A program made the position numbers and the translations under genes. A stretch of DNA of 64,000 nucleotides from an uncultured Lachnospiraceae bacterium (GTDB taxonomy: Bacteria > Bacillota > Clostridia > Lachnospirales > Lachnospiraceae): contig CADAOZ010000007.1 in the NCBI GenBank assembly GCA_902789735.1, forward strand, positions 43,250-107,249, written 5' to 3'. Numbering within the stretch: the stretch's first letter is position 1; every line of letters begins with the position of its first letter. The notes beneath the pieces were generated by a model that was not told the DNA's origin, made no database searches, and saw nothing but the letters and a program-made list of their open reading frames with translations. Shown piece by piece: positions 21,126-31,109 of this stretch.

Positions 21126-23327
21126 TTACTCCTGCTCCCGATGCTCCTGTGGGATAAAGGTACGGCTGTCCGCTTCCTTTTGCAGGATCTTTGCCGCCTG
21201 TACCGCCTCCTGGCAGAAGACCTTCTGGGAATCGACCAGTTCCTTCCCGCGGCGGTCGACTCTGTCATAACTGCCGTCTGCCTTCATGATATGGGCCTTG
21301 ACGGTATCTGCCAGCTGCACCTGCAGGATGTGGACCGCCTTCTCCCGGATCTCCGGATCCAGCAGAGGGAAGAGGATCTCTACCCTGCGGTCCAGGTTCC
21401 TGGGCATCCAGTCGGCGCTGGAGCAGTAGATTTCCGGCACGCCGCCGTTTTCAAAGTAATAGATCCGGCCGTGTTCCAGGAAATTGCCGACGATCGAGCG
21501 GACCGTGATATTGTCGCTGATGCCGGGAATGCCGGTCTTGAGGCAGCAGATCCCCCGGACGATCAGACGGATGTTGACGCCGGCCGCGCTGGCGGCATAG
21601 AGGGCCGCAATGATATCCGGATCGCAGAGGGCGTTCATTTTGGCCACGATCTGGGCGGACTCTCCGGCCAGGGCATGGCCGCGTTCCCGTTCGATCATAT
21701 ACAGGAAGCGGTTCTTGAGCCAAAGAGGCGCCAGGGTCAGCCGGTTCCAGTTCCTGGGTTCGGAATAGCCGGACAGCATGTTGAAGACCGCTGTGGCGTC
21801 TTCTCCGATGGCGTCGCTGCAGGTCAGCAGGCCGCAGTCCGTATAGAGCCTGGCTGTGCTGTCATTGTAGTTGCCGGTGCCCAGATGGACATACCGGCGG
21901 ATGCCGTCTTCCTCCCGGCGGACGACCAGGGTGATCTTGCTGTGAGTCTTGAGGCCCACCAGTCCATATATGACATGGCAGCCGGCCCGCTCCAGCATTC
22001 TGGCCCATTCAATATTGTGTTCCTCATCGAACCTGGCCTTCAGTTCGACCAGGACGGTGACCTGCTTGTTATTCTCCGCCGCCCGGGCCAGGGCCGCGAT
22101 GATGGGCGAATTGCCGCTGACACGGTAGAGGGTCTGTTTAATGGCCAGGACATCCGGATCCTCGGCCGCCTGCCAGACGAAATCCACCACAGGGCGGAAG
22201 GTCTGGAAAGGATGGAACATGAAAACATCCCCTTCCCGGATCCGGTCAAAGACATTGCTGCCGGCCGGCAGCTCCGCCACTTCCTGGGGACCGGCATAGC
22301 CATGCTCCCGCAGTTCCTCAAAGCCCTTGATTCCGTAGACCTTCATCAGGAAGGTCAGGTCGATGGGGCCGTCAATGGGATAAACCTTGTTCTGGTCCAC
22401 GGCCAGCTGCTCTTTCAGGAATTCCAGCAGGCGTTCATCGGCGCCCTCTTCGATCTCCAGACGGATGGTCTGTCCGCGCTGCCGCTTGCGCAGCTGCTTT
22501 TCGATCTCCTTGAGCAGGTCCTCCGCCTCATCCTCATCCACGGTCAGGTCCGCGTTGCGCGTGATGCGGTAGGGATAACAGGACAGCACGTTGTAATTGA
22601 GGAAGAGCTTGTCCATATTGGCGCGGATGATCTCCTCCAGCAGGATGACCCTGACGCCCTTTTCCTTCTTGCCGGGCAGACGGACCACACGCGGCAGGAC
22701 GCCGGGCACCTGAACGGTGGCGAATTCCACAGCAGGCTTCTCCGTTTTTTCCGTCTTCCGGGGCTTTTTGGTCCGGCCCAGGATACCGGGGCCGGCCTCT
22801 TCCTTTCTGGACAGGATGGCGCCCAGGTTCAGGCTCTTATTGCGGATCAGCGGAAAAGGCCTGGTATTGTCGACCGCCATCGGCGTCAGGACCGGAAAGA
22901 CCTCCGTATCAAAATAATTGTCGATATAAATCTTTTCCTTTCCGGTCAGATCCTCTGAGGACTGCACCAGGGTAAGGGCGTTCTCCCGGAGCCCGGGAAG
23001 CAGCTGATGGTTGAGGGTCCAGTACTGCTGGCTGATGAACTTATGGGTATCCTCCAGGATGGCTTCCAGCTGTTCGCCGGCGGTCATGCCCGCGATATCC
23101 TTTTTCTTATAGCCGGCGTTGACCTGGTCCTGGATGGAGGCCACACGGACCATGAAGAATTCATCCAGGTTGGAAGCGGTAATGCTCAGGAATTTCAGCC
23201 TCTCAAAGAGCGGGTTCTCTTTATTCCTGGCTTCGCTCAGACATCTCCGGTTGAACTGCAGCCAGCTCAGCTCCCGGTTCGTATAGTATGCGGGATCGTA
23301 ATATTCTTCCCTGCCTGTTAATGCCAT
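21126..23327 (-). CDS. ppk: Polyphosphate kinase 1
   Basis: 733 aa. MALTGREEYYDPAYYTNRELSWLQFNRRCLSEA...LKFLSITASNLDEFFMVR and two PLD-like HKD regions. Confidence 0.95.
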   Translation of the reverse strand: MALTGREEYYDPAYYTNRELSWLQFNRRCLSEARNKENPLFERLKFLSITASNLDEFFMVRVASIQDQVNAGYKKKDIAGMTAGEQLEAILEDTHKFISQQYWTLNHQLLPGLRENALTLVQSSEDLTGKEKIYIDNYFDTEVFPVLTPMAVDNTRPFPLIRNKSLNLGAILSRKEEAGPGILGRTKKPRKTEKTEKPAVEFATVQVPGVLPRVVRLPGKKEKGVRVILLEEIIRANMDKLFLNYNVLSCYPYRITRNADLTVDEDEAEDLLKEIEKQLRKRQRGQTIRLEIEEGADERLLEFLKEQLAVDQNKVYPIDGPIDLTFLMKVYGIKGFEELREHGYAGPQEVAELPAGSNVFDRIREGDVFMFHPFQTFRPVVDFVWQAAEDPDVLAIKQTLYRVSGNSPIIAALARAAENNKQVTVLVELKARFDEEHNIEWARMLERAGCHVIYGLVGLKTHSKITLVVRREEDGIRRYVHLGTGNYNDSTARLYTDCGLLTCSDAIGEDATAVFNMLSGYSEPRNWNRLTLAPLWLKNRFLYMIERERGHALAGESAQIVAKMNALCDPDIIAALYAASAAGVNIRLIVRGICCLKTGIPGISDNITVRSIVGNFLEHGRIYYFENGGVPEIYCSSADWMPRNLDRRVEILFPLLDPEIREKAVHILQVQLADTVKAHIMKADGSYDRVDRRGKELVDSQKVFCQEAVQAAKILQKEADSRTFIPQEHREQE

Positions 23328-23337
23328 GATATCCCCC

Positions 23338-24909
23338 CTACAGTTTCTTCTGTTTAATGACAGGCCTGATGTTGAAGATCTCTTCGAAGAAATCCGCCTT
23401 CTTGTCGAACAGTCCCTTTTCCAGTGTAATGTCCTTCCGGACGTCTACCGTGATGGTCAGCTGATCTCCCTTCATGCGGATCTTGAAATCGCTGAATTTA
23501 TGCTTATGGGAACGGTCCAGACCGTTAGAGGCCCGCAGGATCGCGGTCAGTCTGGCGATCACGGAATAACGTTCCCGGTCGATGGCGGTCTGGGCTTCAA
23601 ACGGGATGAAGCGGCTGTGATTGAAACGGACCACGTTGGCCACGATCTCTTTTTCCCGGCCGGACAGGCCGATGATCTCGGTCGCCATGATGATGTGATA
23701 CGCGCATTCCGAAAAATCGTTCATGCTGATGAATTTACCGCAGTCGTGCAGGATGGCCGCGATCTGCAGCAGGAGCCGTTCCCTGCTGCCCATGCCATGC
23801 ATCCTGCTGGTGCTGTCAAATATCTTGAGGGCGATCTTTTCCAAGGTCTTACTGCGCTCCCGGGAACCGTTATAGCGGCGGCTGATCTCAATGGCGCTGG
23901 AAATGATATCCTTTTCGAAATCATGGGAGGAGACAAAGAATTTCTTTTTCTCCGCGTAATCATAGACGATACCGTCGCAGAGACATACGCCGGGAATCCA
24001 CAGGAGTTCCGCGCCGGTCATCTCCAGGATCTGCCGCAGGATAATGCCTGAAATAAAGAGCAGGGGTACATTTTCCTCCGGGATCTCAAGTCCCCGGGCC
24101 ACCTGCGAATAGCTGATGGTCTTGATCCGTTCATAAAAGGCTTCATAGCTCTCCCGGCTGAGGAAACCATCGCCGGCGGGGAGGGCTTCCTCGGTACTTC
24201 CCGCGCCCCGGAAGAATTCCCGGACATTGACCTTCTGGGCCACTTCCGAAATATAATCGTCCACCAGAATAAGGCTCCTGATCGTACGCTCTTCCAGATA
24301 AAGATGCTTGAAGACCATGAGCCTGGACAGGACCAGCTCTTCGACCAGTCCCTCGAACCTGGAAGCCGAGGCCCGGATCCTGCCGACCTGCTCATGCAGC
24401 CGCAGGATGCCCAGGTTCATGTTCTGAGTGGTGACCATCTTGCCGTTGTCGAACAGGGAGATCTGGATACTGCCGCTGCCGATATCCACGATGGCGGTGG
24501 GCTCCTCGATCAGCTTGTCGAACTGGGAACTTCTGGAGGCAATGGACTTGAAATCCAGGAATCGCTGCTCCGCGTTGCCCAGGGGCTCGATATGGATCCC
24601 TGTCTCCATCTCCAGCCGGTTCAGCACCAGGGCGGAATTCTGCATCTCCCGGATGGCACTGGTCCCATAGGCCCTGTAATCCTCCACGCCGTAGTTCTCC
24701 ATGATCCTGCGGAATTCCAGCAGGACCCTGCGCAGCTCGGAGGCGTGCTTCATGCTGATCTTGCCGGTATTGTAGGTATCGGTGCCCAGGGCGATCCTGT
24801 GAATGATATCGTCGATCTCCCGGATCCCTCTCTTTTTGGAGATCTCATAAATAATGAGCTCCATCTCATAGCTGCCTACGTCAATGGCGCCGAATAAATG
24901 TACCGCCAT
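23338..24909 (-). CDS. ppx: Exopolyphosphatase / guanosine pentaphosphate phosphohydrolase (Ppx/GppA) with C-terminal HD domain
   Basis: 523 aa. An ASKHA N-terminus (IDVGSYEMELIIYE...AYGTSAIREMQN) and an HD motif (AAILHDCGKF). Confidence 0.9.
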   Translation of the reverse strand: MAVHLFGAIDVGSYEMELIIYEISKKRGIREIDDIIHRIALGTDTYNTGKISMKHASELRRVLLEFRRIMENYGVEDYRAYGTSAIREMQNSALVLNRLEMETGIHIEPLGNAEQRFLDFKSIASRSSQFDKLIEEPTAIVDIGSGSIQISLFDNGKMVTTQNMNLGILRLHEQVGRIRASASRFEGLVEELVLSRLMVFKHLYLEERTIRSLILVDDYISEVAQKVNVREFFRGAGSTEEALPAGDGFLSRESYEAFYERIKTISYSQVARGLEIPEENVPLLFISGIILRQILEMTGAELLWIPGVCLCDGIVYDYAEKKKFFVSSHDFEKDIISSAIEISRRYNGSRERSKTLEKIALKIFDSTSRMHGMGSRERLLLQIAAILHDCGKFISMNDFSECAYHIIMATEIIGLSGREKEIVANVVRFNHSRFIPFEAQTAIDRERYSVIARLTAILRASNGLDRSHKHKFSDFKIRMKGDQLTITVDVRKDITLEKGLFDKKADFFEEIFNIRPVIKQKKL

Positions 24910-24991
24910 ATCTGTTCCCCCTTTTCCCCGCGGCCGCGTCCGCTGCCTGCGCGTCTCCGCGTCATGAATACGATATCTATGCTTTTATCTT

Positions 24992-26293
24992 TTATGTCTG
25001 CTGCTGACCCAGCAGCTGATCGATGAACTGCTGGGCCGTTCTGCCGGACAGGCCGCCGTGGCGCATCTGCCAGCGGGTCGCCTCGCTGCGCAGGGCTTCC
25101 CGTTCCATCTCTATGCCGCTGCGCTCTGCCAGAGCGGCAACAATCTCCTGATACTCATCGAACTCGGGCTTTCCAAAATAAATGGACAGGCCGAAACGGG
25201 CCGCCAGGGACAGCTTTTCCTGAACGGTATCGCCGCCGTGCTTGTCAAAACTGTTCTCTCTGTCCTTAAAGCTCTCCCGGACCAGATGCCTGCGGTTGCT
25301 GGTGGCATAAATCAGGACATTCTCAGGCTTTTTCTCCAGACCGCCTTCGATGACAGCCTTGAGATATTTGTATTCCGTCTCGAATTCCTCAAAACTCAGA
25401 TCATCCATATAGATGATGAAGCGGTAATTGCGTCCCTTGACCTGGGAGATCACTTCGTTGAGATTGCGGAACTGGTGGCGGTAGATCTCAATGATCCGCA
25501 GGCCCCTGTCATAATACTGGTTGGCAATGGCCTTAATGCTGGAAGACTTGCCTGTACCGGCGTCCCCGTACAGCAGGCAGTTGTTGGCAGGCCGGCCGCT
25601 GACAAAGGCTTCCGTATTTTCTACCAGCTTCTGCTTGGCGGCTTCATAGCCGATCAGGTCATCCAGATGGACATGGAGGATATTCCGGATGGGCAGGATC
25701 ATGACCTCCCCGTCCTTTTCATGAACACGGAAGGCTTTATGCAGGCCGAAACGGCCTACGCCGTATTCTCCGTAAAAGCGGGTCACCGCGTCCATCATTT
25801 CCTGGGCAGTGGAAGTTTCCGCCAGCTGGCCGGCCAGGGTACAGATCCTGTCCCGGATGCGGCGGTTATAGATCCGGCTCTTTTCGGAACCTGCCGAAAA
25901 GGACAGGACCGACTCGAATTCCAGGACGCCCAGGCGTTGTGCCAGGGGACGGAAGTCATAGTCGAACAGGCCGCGGAAGATCTCAAAATCATGTAGGGCG
26001 GCCACATTGATACTGGAGCTGACCGCCCCCCGTATTTCCCGGGACCTGCTGTAGCTGTTCTCATGGTTGACCAGCAGGTTGGTCAGATAGCAGTGCCAGA
26101 GACTGCCGTAAAAACCGGATTCCTCCGCCAGTTCCACCAGTCCGTGCATGATCCGGTACAGGCGGATCCGGGCCTTGTCCGCTTCCTTCTCCTTCAGCTG
26201 ATCCTGCCTGCCGGCTTTCATCAGCCGTGCGGCGTCCCGGAGAACAGGTTCCTGCTCCAGGCCACGGTATAAAATCAATTCGTCAATTCTCAT
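24992..26293 (-). CDS. AAA+ ATPase, DUF815/COG2607 family
   Basis: Trimmed to MRIDELILYRG, which has an AGGGAG RBS. Walker A is LLYGDAGTGKSS and Walker B is IIYMDDLSF. Confidence 0.75.
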   Translation of the reverse strand: MRIDELILYRGLEQEPVLRDAARLMKAGRQDQLKEKEADKARIRLYRIMHGLVELAEESGFYGSLWHCYLTNLLVNHENSYSRSREIRGAVSSSINVAALHDFEIFRGLFDYDFRPLAQRLGVLEFESVLSFSAGSEKSRIYNRRIRDRICTLAGQLAETSTAQEMMDAVTRFYGEYGVGRFGLHKAFRVHEKDGEVMILPIRNILHVHLDDLIGYEAAKQKLVENTEAFVSGRPANNCLLYGDAGTGKSSSIKAIANQYYDRGLRIIEIYRHQFRNLNEVISQVKGRNYRFIIYMDDLSFEEFETEYKYLKAVIEGGLEKKPENVLIYATSNRRHLVRESFKDRENSFDKHGGDTVQEKLSLAARFGLSIYFGKPEFDEYQEIVAALAERSGIEMEREALRSEATRWQMRHGGLSGRTAQQFIDQLLGQQQT

Positions 26294-26514
26294 TTGCTGC
26301 TCCCTCATGAACACGCGGACCGTCGGACGCATGCCCTGGTCTTTGAAAAACATCGGTCAGTCAGTACAGGGTTCTGTCAATCCCCTGCAAAAACGGCAAT
26401 TGCTGCCGCGGAACATCTGTCCGCGGAAAGGGCTTTCCGGCCCGGTCATATAGTATCATTATAAACGATACAGGCGGTCAGATAACAGCAGTTTGCTCCC
26501 GAATCCGGCATTCT

Positions 26515-27591
26515 TTACACCGCTTCCATCTTCAGCAGCTTGGCTGCCTGATCGGCTGTGGTCAGGGCGTCGATGATCTCGTCCAGATCTCCGTTCAGGA
26601 TCTCATCGATCTTATAAAGCGTCAGATGGATCCGATGATCCGTGACCCTGCCCTGGGGATAATTATAGGTCCTGATCTTCTCTGACCGGTCCCCCGTGCC
26701 GATCTGGCTCCGGCGCAGGTCGGCTTCCTGGTCATGGCGCTTCTGCATCTCCAGGTCATAGAGCTTGGACCGCAGCAGGGCCCAGGCCTTGGCCTTGTTC
26801 TGCAGCTGGGACTTCTCTGTCTGGGAATAGATCACGATGCCTGTCGGATAATGAGTCAGGCGGACGGCCGAATCGGTCGTATTGACACACTGGCCGCCGT
26901 TTCCGGAAGCCCGCATGACATCGATCCGGACATCCTTGTCAGGGATATCGATATTGATATCATCATCCACTTCCGGCATGACAGCGACGGTGATGGTGGA
27001 GGTATGGATCCTGCCGCCGGATTCCGTGGCCGGCACGCGCTGGACCCTGTGGACCCCGCTCTCATATTTAAATCTGGAATAGGCCCCCTGGCCCGAGATC
27101 ATGAAGTTGACATATTTCATGCCGCCGATCCCGATCTCCTCGAAATCCAGAGTCTCCGCTTTCCAGCGTCTGGACTCGGCGTAGTGGATGTACATCCTGT
27201 AGATCTCTGCAGCGAACAGGGCCGCCTCATCGCCGCCAGCTCCGGCCCGGATCTCCACGATGACGTTCTTTTCGTCATTGGGGTCTTTGGGAATCAGCAG
27301 GATCCTCAGCTGTTCCTGCAGATCCTCCAGTTCCTTTTTGGAACTGCTGATCTCCTCCCTGGCCAGTTCGCGCATCTCTTCATCATCTTCCTCCTCCAGG
27401 AGCATTCTGGATTCCTCCAGATTATCCGAGACGCTGCGGAAACGGGTATAGGTCTCCACCAGGGGGGTCAGGTCACTCTGCTCTTTCATCAGCCTGCGGA
27501 AACGGTCCTGATCGGACAGGACGCCGGGGCTGGCCAGTTCTCTGTTGATGTCTTCATATCTTAATACTATTGCATCCAGCTTATCGTACAT
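26515..27591 (-). CDS. prfA: Peptide chain release factor 1
   Basis: 358 aa. GGQ motif [20 protein letters not shown]-type tripeptide region. Confidence 0.95.
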   Translation of the reverse strand: MYDKLDAIVLRYEDINRELASPGVLSDQDRFRRLMKEQSDLTPLVETYTRFRSVSDNLEESRMLLEEEDDEEMRELAREEISSSKKELEDLQEQLRILLIPKDPNDEKNVIVEIRAGAGGDEAALFAAEIYRMYIHYAESRRWKAETLDFEEIGIGGMKYVNFMISGQGAYSRFKYESGVHRVQRVPATESGGRIHTSTITVAVMPEVDDDINIDIPDKDVRIDVMRASGNGGQCVNTTDSAVRLTHYPTGIVIYSQTEKSQLQNKAKAWALLRSKLYDLEMQKRHDQEADLRRSQIGTGDRSEKIRTYNYPQGRVTDHRIHLTLYKIDEILNGDLDEIIDALTTADQAAKLLKMEAV

Positions 27592-27601
27592 AGTTCTTCC
27601 T

Positions 27602-28480
27602 TTACATTATATAGCCGGCGCCCTGCTGGTTCAGGGCCCGTACAGCGGCGGCGACTCTGTCGTTGCCTGCGTAATCCCTGAGGATCCGGATATCATGGTA
27701 GCCGTACTCTTCCATCAGCTGCCGGACCGCCTCTCCCTGATCATAACCAATCTCCAGCATGACGGCGCCGCTGATACACAGGTGCTTCCAGGCCTCCGCC
27801 AGGATCCTCCTGTAAAAATCCAGACCGTCCGGGCCGCCATCCAAGGCCATAAAGGGCTCCCGTTCCTTCACTTCCGGCTCCAGGGTCCCGATCACCTCCG
27901 TGGGAATATAGGGCGGATTACTGATGACCAGATCAAACTTCTCCTCCGGCCGGTCTTTCAGTGCTTCGAACAGATCTCCCTGCAGCCAGGTGACACGGTC
28001 TGCCAGGCCCAGGCGCTTTCCGTTCTCTTCCGCCACTGCCAGCGCTTCCCGTGACAGGTCCGTCCCGACGCCGCTGTTACTGTTGGAATACTGCAGCAGG
28101 CTGAGCAGGATACAGCCGCTGCCGGTACACAGATCCAGGATCCTGCTGCCGTCTGTCAGCTCCCGCATGGCTTCCTCCACCAGATTTTCCGTATCCTGAC
28201 CGGGAATCAGGACATGGGGCGAGACCCGGAAAGGCAGTCCCATAAATTCCTGCTCTCCCACAATATAGGCCAGCGGCTCACGCTGCTGCCTGCGGGAGAT
28301 CAGCTCCAGATATTTTTCATATTCTCCCGGGGATACCGGACGGTCCGGATCAGCCAGCAGGGTCTGGACAGTGGTTCCGCAGACATGCTCCAGCAGGCGC
28401 CGGGCGTCAATACGGGCATCGGGCAGGAAGTCCAGCATCGCGGTCCCTTCCTGATAAACCTCTCTGTATGTATATGCCAT
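27602..28480 (-). CDS. prmC: Release factor glutamine N5-methyltransferase PrmC/HemK
   Basis: Trimmed to [12 protein letters not shown], which has an AGGAGA RBS. The 68-aa R/K-rich N-terminal extension in the ORF track is translated tandem repeat. Motifs [11 protein letters not shown] and NPPY. Confidence 0.9.
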   Translation of the reverse strand: MAYTYREVYQEGTAMLDFLPDARIDARRLLEHVCGTTVQTLLADPDRPVSPGEYEKYLELISRRQQREPLAYIVGEQEFMGLPFRVSPHVLIPGQDTENLVEEAMRELTDGSRILDLCTGSGCILLSLLQYSNSNSGVGTDLSREALAVAEENGKRLGLADRVTWLQGDLFEALKDRPEEKFDLVISNPPYIPTEVIGTLEPEVKEREPFMALDGGPDGLDFYRRILAEAWKHLCISGAVMLEIGYDQGEAVRQLMEEYGYHDIRILRDYAGNDRVAAAVRALNQQGAGYIM

Positions 28481-28503
28481 ATCTGTTCTCCTGTTCCTTC
28501 TCC

Positions 28504-28612
28504 GGCGGTCCGGATTTCTTGCGGTATTTCTCCTCTTTCCTTCTTCAGGCGGTCCGGATTTCTTGCGGTATTTCTCCTCTTTCCTTCTTTCAGGCGGTCC
28601 GGGCTTCTTCAG
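28504..28612. repeat. 44-45 bp tandem direct repeat, 2.4 copies, between DUF1385 and prmC
   Basis: GGCGGTCCGGATTTCTTGCGGTATTTCTCCTCTTTCCTTCTT(T)CA at 28504-28547 and 28548-28592, with a partial copy at 28593-28612. The unit resembles the prmC SD region (revcomp AGAGGAGAAATACC). Confidence 0.85.
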
Positions 28613-29573
28613 ATGTTTCTGTCTGCGGGCCGAATTCCCTGCGCAGGTAATCCTTCCAGTCAAATACCGCCTCCACAGAGGCAATGCCCACCCGGATCAT
28701 ATCATCATCCGGCTCCCTTGTGGTCAGGTTCTGGAACCAGATCCCGGGTTTTGAGAGCAGGCCGATGACCGGGTTGTCGGAAGAGCCTGCCAGCCGGATC
28801 AGCTCAAAAGAGATGCCCGATATCACCGGAATCAGCAGGATCCGCAGCAGGATCCGCAGCATGGGGCTGCTCACCCGGATAAAGAAAAAGAGGACAATGC
28901 TGACGATCATAACAAAGATGATAAAGCTGGTCCCGCAGCGTTTATGGAATCTGGTGGACCTGCGTACGTTCTCCACGTTCAGGGGCAGTCCGTGTTCCAG
29001 GCAGTTGATACATTTATGTTCTGCCCCATGGTACTGGAAAAGCCTCCTGATATCCTCCATCATGGAGATGGCCAGGATATAGCCCATAAAAATACCGATC
29101 CGGAGCAGGCCCTCGATCACTGCTGTCAGAAAGTGATTCTGAATAAAACGGGAGAGCAGGGCGGAAATCAGATAAGGAAGCACAAAGAAAAGGCCGATGG
29201 CTATTATGAAGGCAATGACTGTCACTACGCTTTCTATGATCTTATCCATCTTTTCCGCCCGGGCCGCCTGTTCGGGGGTCCGTTCCTTCCCTGTCTCCTC
29301 TTCCTCCTCTTCATAAAAAGATGCCGAGTAGGTGGTGATCCGCATCCCCAGGATCAGGGAATCCAGAAACACGAAGACGCCTCTCACAAAGGGCGTCTTT
29401 TTCAGGACAGAACCCTCCAGGATCCCGTGATAGGTTTCCTTACTGACCGTCACCGTCTTATCAGGCTTTCGGATGGCGACCGCATAGTCGTCCCCGCAGC
29501 GCATCATAACGCCTTCCAGAACGGCCTGACCGCCGATGCCGGAGTTATGCTGTTTACATTGTTCTTTTGCCAT
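28590..29573 (-). CDS. DUF1385 family membrane protein (YqhQ-like)
   Basis: 327 aa with multiple TM helices and the conserved FQYHGAEHK motif. It sits between rpmE and prmC, the usual position in Firmicutes. Confidence 0.75.
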   Translation of the reverse strand: MAKEQCKQHNSGIGGQAVLEGVMMRCGDDYAVAIRKPDKTVTVSKETYHGILEGSVLKKTPFVRGVFVFLDSLILGMRITTYSASFYEEEEEETGKERTPEQAARAEKMDKIIESVVTVIAFIIAIGLFFVLPYLISALLSRFIQNHFLTAVIEGLLRIGIFMGYILAISMMEDIRRLFQYHGAEHKCINCLEHGLPLNVENVRRSTRFHKRCGTSFIIFVMIVSIVLFFFIRVSSPMLRILLRILLIPVISGISFELIRLAGSSDNPVIGLLSKPGIWFQNLTTREPDDDMIRVGIASVEAVFDWKDYLRREFGPQTETSEEARTA

Positions 29574-29606
29574 TGATATTTCTGCTCCTGCAAAGATTTT
29601 TTAACA

Positions 29607-29640
29607 CAACGAAACAAGGCCAGGGTATATCCCGGCCTTG
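29607..29640 (-). terminator. Putative terminator/attenuator downstream of rpmE
   Basis: On the minus strand: CAAGGCCGGG-ATATAC-CCTGGCCTTG followed by TTTCGTTGTGTT. Confidence 0.5.
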
Positions 29641-29663
29641 TCAGTTTTGATTTCGTATAGATT

Positions 29664-29873
29664 CTAGTTATTGGAAGAAAAACCGTATTTTCTGTTGAAT
29701 CTGTCGATACGGCCCTTGGCTGCAGCAGTCTTCTGTGTGCCGGTATAGAAGGAATGGCACTTGGAGCATACTTCGACGTGAATCTCTTTCCTGGTGGATC
29801 CGGTCACGAATGTATTGCCACAGTTACATGTTACGGTTGCCTGATAATACTTAGGATGAATTCCCTGCTTCAT
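29664..29873 (-). CDS. rpmE: 50S ribosomal protein L31 (zinc-binding C+ form)
   Basis: 69 aa. [22 protein letters not shown]...[10 protein letters not shown], with two CxxC pairs. Confidence 0.95.
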   Translation of the reverse strand: MKQGIHPKYYQATVTCNCGNTFVTGSTRKEIHVEVCSKCHSFYTGTQKTAAAKGRIDRFNRKYGFSSNN

Positions 29874-30256
29874 ATTTGCCTCCTTATTGAGCGTTTCATT
29901 ACATCACAAAGTGATTAACAACTGTGACGGGGTCTAAGTCTTGTACGCTCTGAAATATTATATACAATATATAACGTAATAAAGCCGTCTGAACAGACAG
30001 CGGTGCTATTATAGCATGATGTTTCCGGTTATTGCAAGAGATTTTCAGATAATTTTTACCTGTTTTTTCCTAGCCGCAGGGGCTGCAGAATCAGGCCTCC
30101 GGACCCGGCCGGTTTCCTTCTGTTAACAAAACTACAAATATTTATTTTCTTTGTCGATGTTATAGTAATCATGCTATATTACATTAATCATGATATATTA
30201 CATAAGAAACCATCCGGGCCCGGAAAACCGGTCCCACCTATGAACGGAGATTTATC

Positions 30257-30952
30257 ATGTCTGATCAATATGCTGAAAAGCTGCCTTCCATCATCGCGCC
30301 TGCGGACCTGGGCGACTATACCATTGTCCTGCCGGAGCTGATTCCCTTTATTCCTCTGCTGAAGAGATGTTCGCAGCAGGACTTTGAAGCATCCATCAAA
30401 AACAGCAGAGAGTTCCGGACCGAATGGAACGGCAGCTCGCTCCTCATGGATGACGGCATCATCCGGGCCCAGGCCGGCAATATGGCGCTGACGGCCTCCG
30501 GCGGCGTCCTGCAGCTGGAACAGCCCGGCAGCTGTAATAAATACAGCCTGCGGAAGATGCGTATCCTCTTCAGGATCCTGCACGACCGCCAAAAAGCGGT
30601 TCTGGCCAGGAACCTGTATTCCCTGAACTGCTATTTCGCCCTGACCCATACTGTGGATTTCCTGAATATACGTTTCGTATCCCGGGGCGACAGGACCATA
30701 TTGGAATATTATCACAGACCGTCCGCCAACGCGCAGGGCCATTACCAGTGGCTCACCAACGAACTGACGGTATCCAGGGAGCTGGCCTGGGGCTGGGATG
30801 ATATCGACAGGTTCTTCCACGGTGATGTCTGCTCTGTCCTGCAGGAAAACGGGATTCAGCTGAACTGGAACAGCACCCATGCTGTCTTTGAAAGGATGTC
30901 GTTTCAAAAGAACAGCAACCGGATCATAGAACGGTACATCCGGATCTCCTGA
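30257..30952 (+). CDS. Hypothetical protein
   Basis: 231 aa. GGAGA RBS 7 nt upstream. Third-codon GC is like that of known genes, and an AT-rich promoter region lies upstream. I judge the overlapping 272-aa minus-strand ORF to be the shadow. Confidence 0.55.
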   Translation: MSDQYAEKLPSIIAPADLGDYTIVLPELIPFIPLLKRCSQQDFEASIKNSREFRTEWNGSSLLMDDGIIRAQAGNMALTASGGVLQLEQPGSCNKYSLRKMRILFRILHDRQKAVLARNLYSLNCYFALTHTVDFLNIRFVSRGDRTILEYYHRPSANAQGHYQWLTNELTVSRELAWGWDDIDRFFHGDVCSVLQENGIQLNWNSTHAVFERMSFQKNSNRIIERYIRIS

Positions 30953-31063
30953 TCTCATACTGCAGGAGGATATAGTCCGGGACCTGAAGAAGGCTTCGGA
31001 AAACATCCGGAGCCTTCATGGAAGCACTATAAACACAATAATGATTATAATGAATGACTTCAC

Positions 31064-31100
31064 TGAAAAACACCCCGCTGCGGCAGATGCCGCGCGGGGC
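31064..31100 (-). terminator. Rho-independent terminator of the flotillin gene
   Basis: On the minus strand: CCCCGCGCGGCATCTGCCGCAGCGGGG followed by TGTTTTTCAG. Confidence 0.7.
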
Positions 31101-31109
31101 GTTCTCTTT

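Noticed and set aside
27602-28684. 68-residue Arg/Lys-rich N-terminal extension of prmC in the ORF track
   Set aside because: It is produced by reading through the 44-bp tandem repeat. The real start is the ATG at 28480 with an AGGAGA RBS. The extension has no homology and an implausible composition.
30188-31006. 272-aa minus-strand ORF overlapping the 30257..30952 gene
   Set aside because: The + strand ORF has a GGAGA RBS, a proper promoter region and genome-like codon usage. The minus-strand product is P/G/R-rich shadow.
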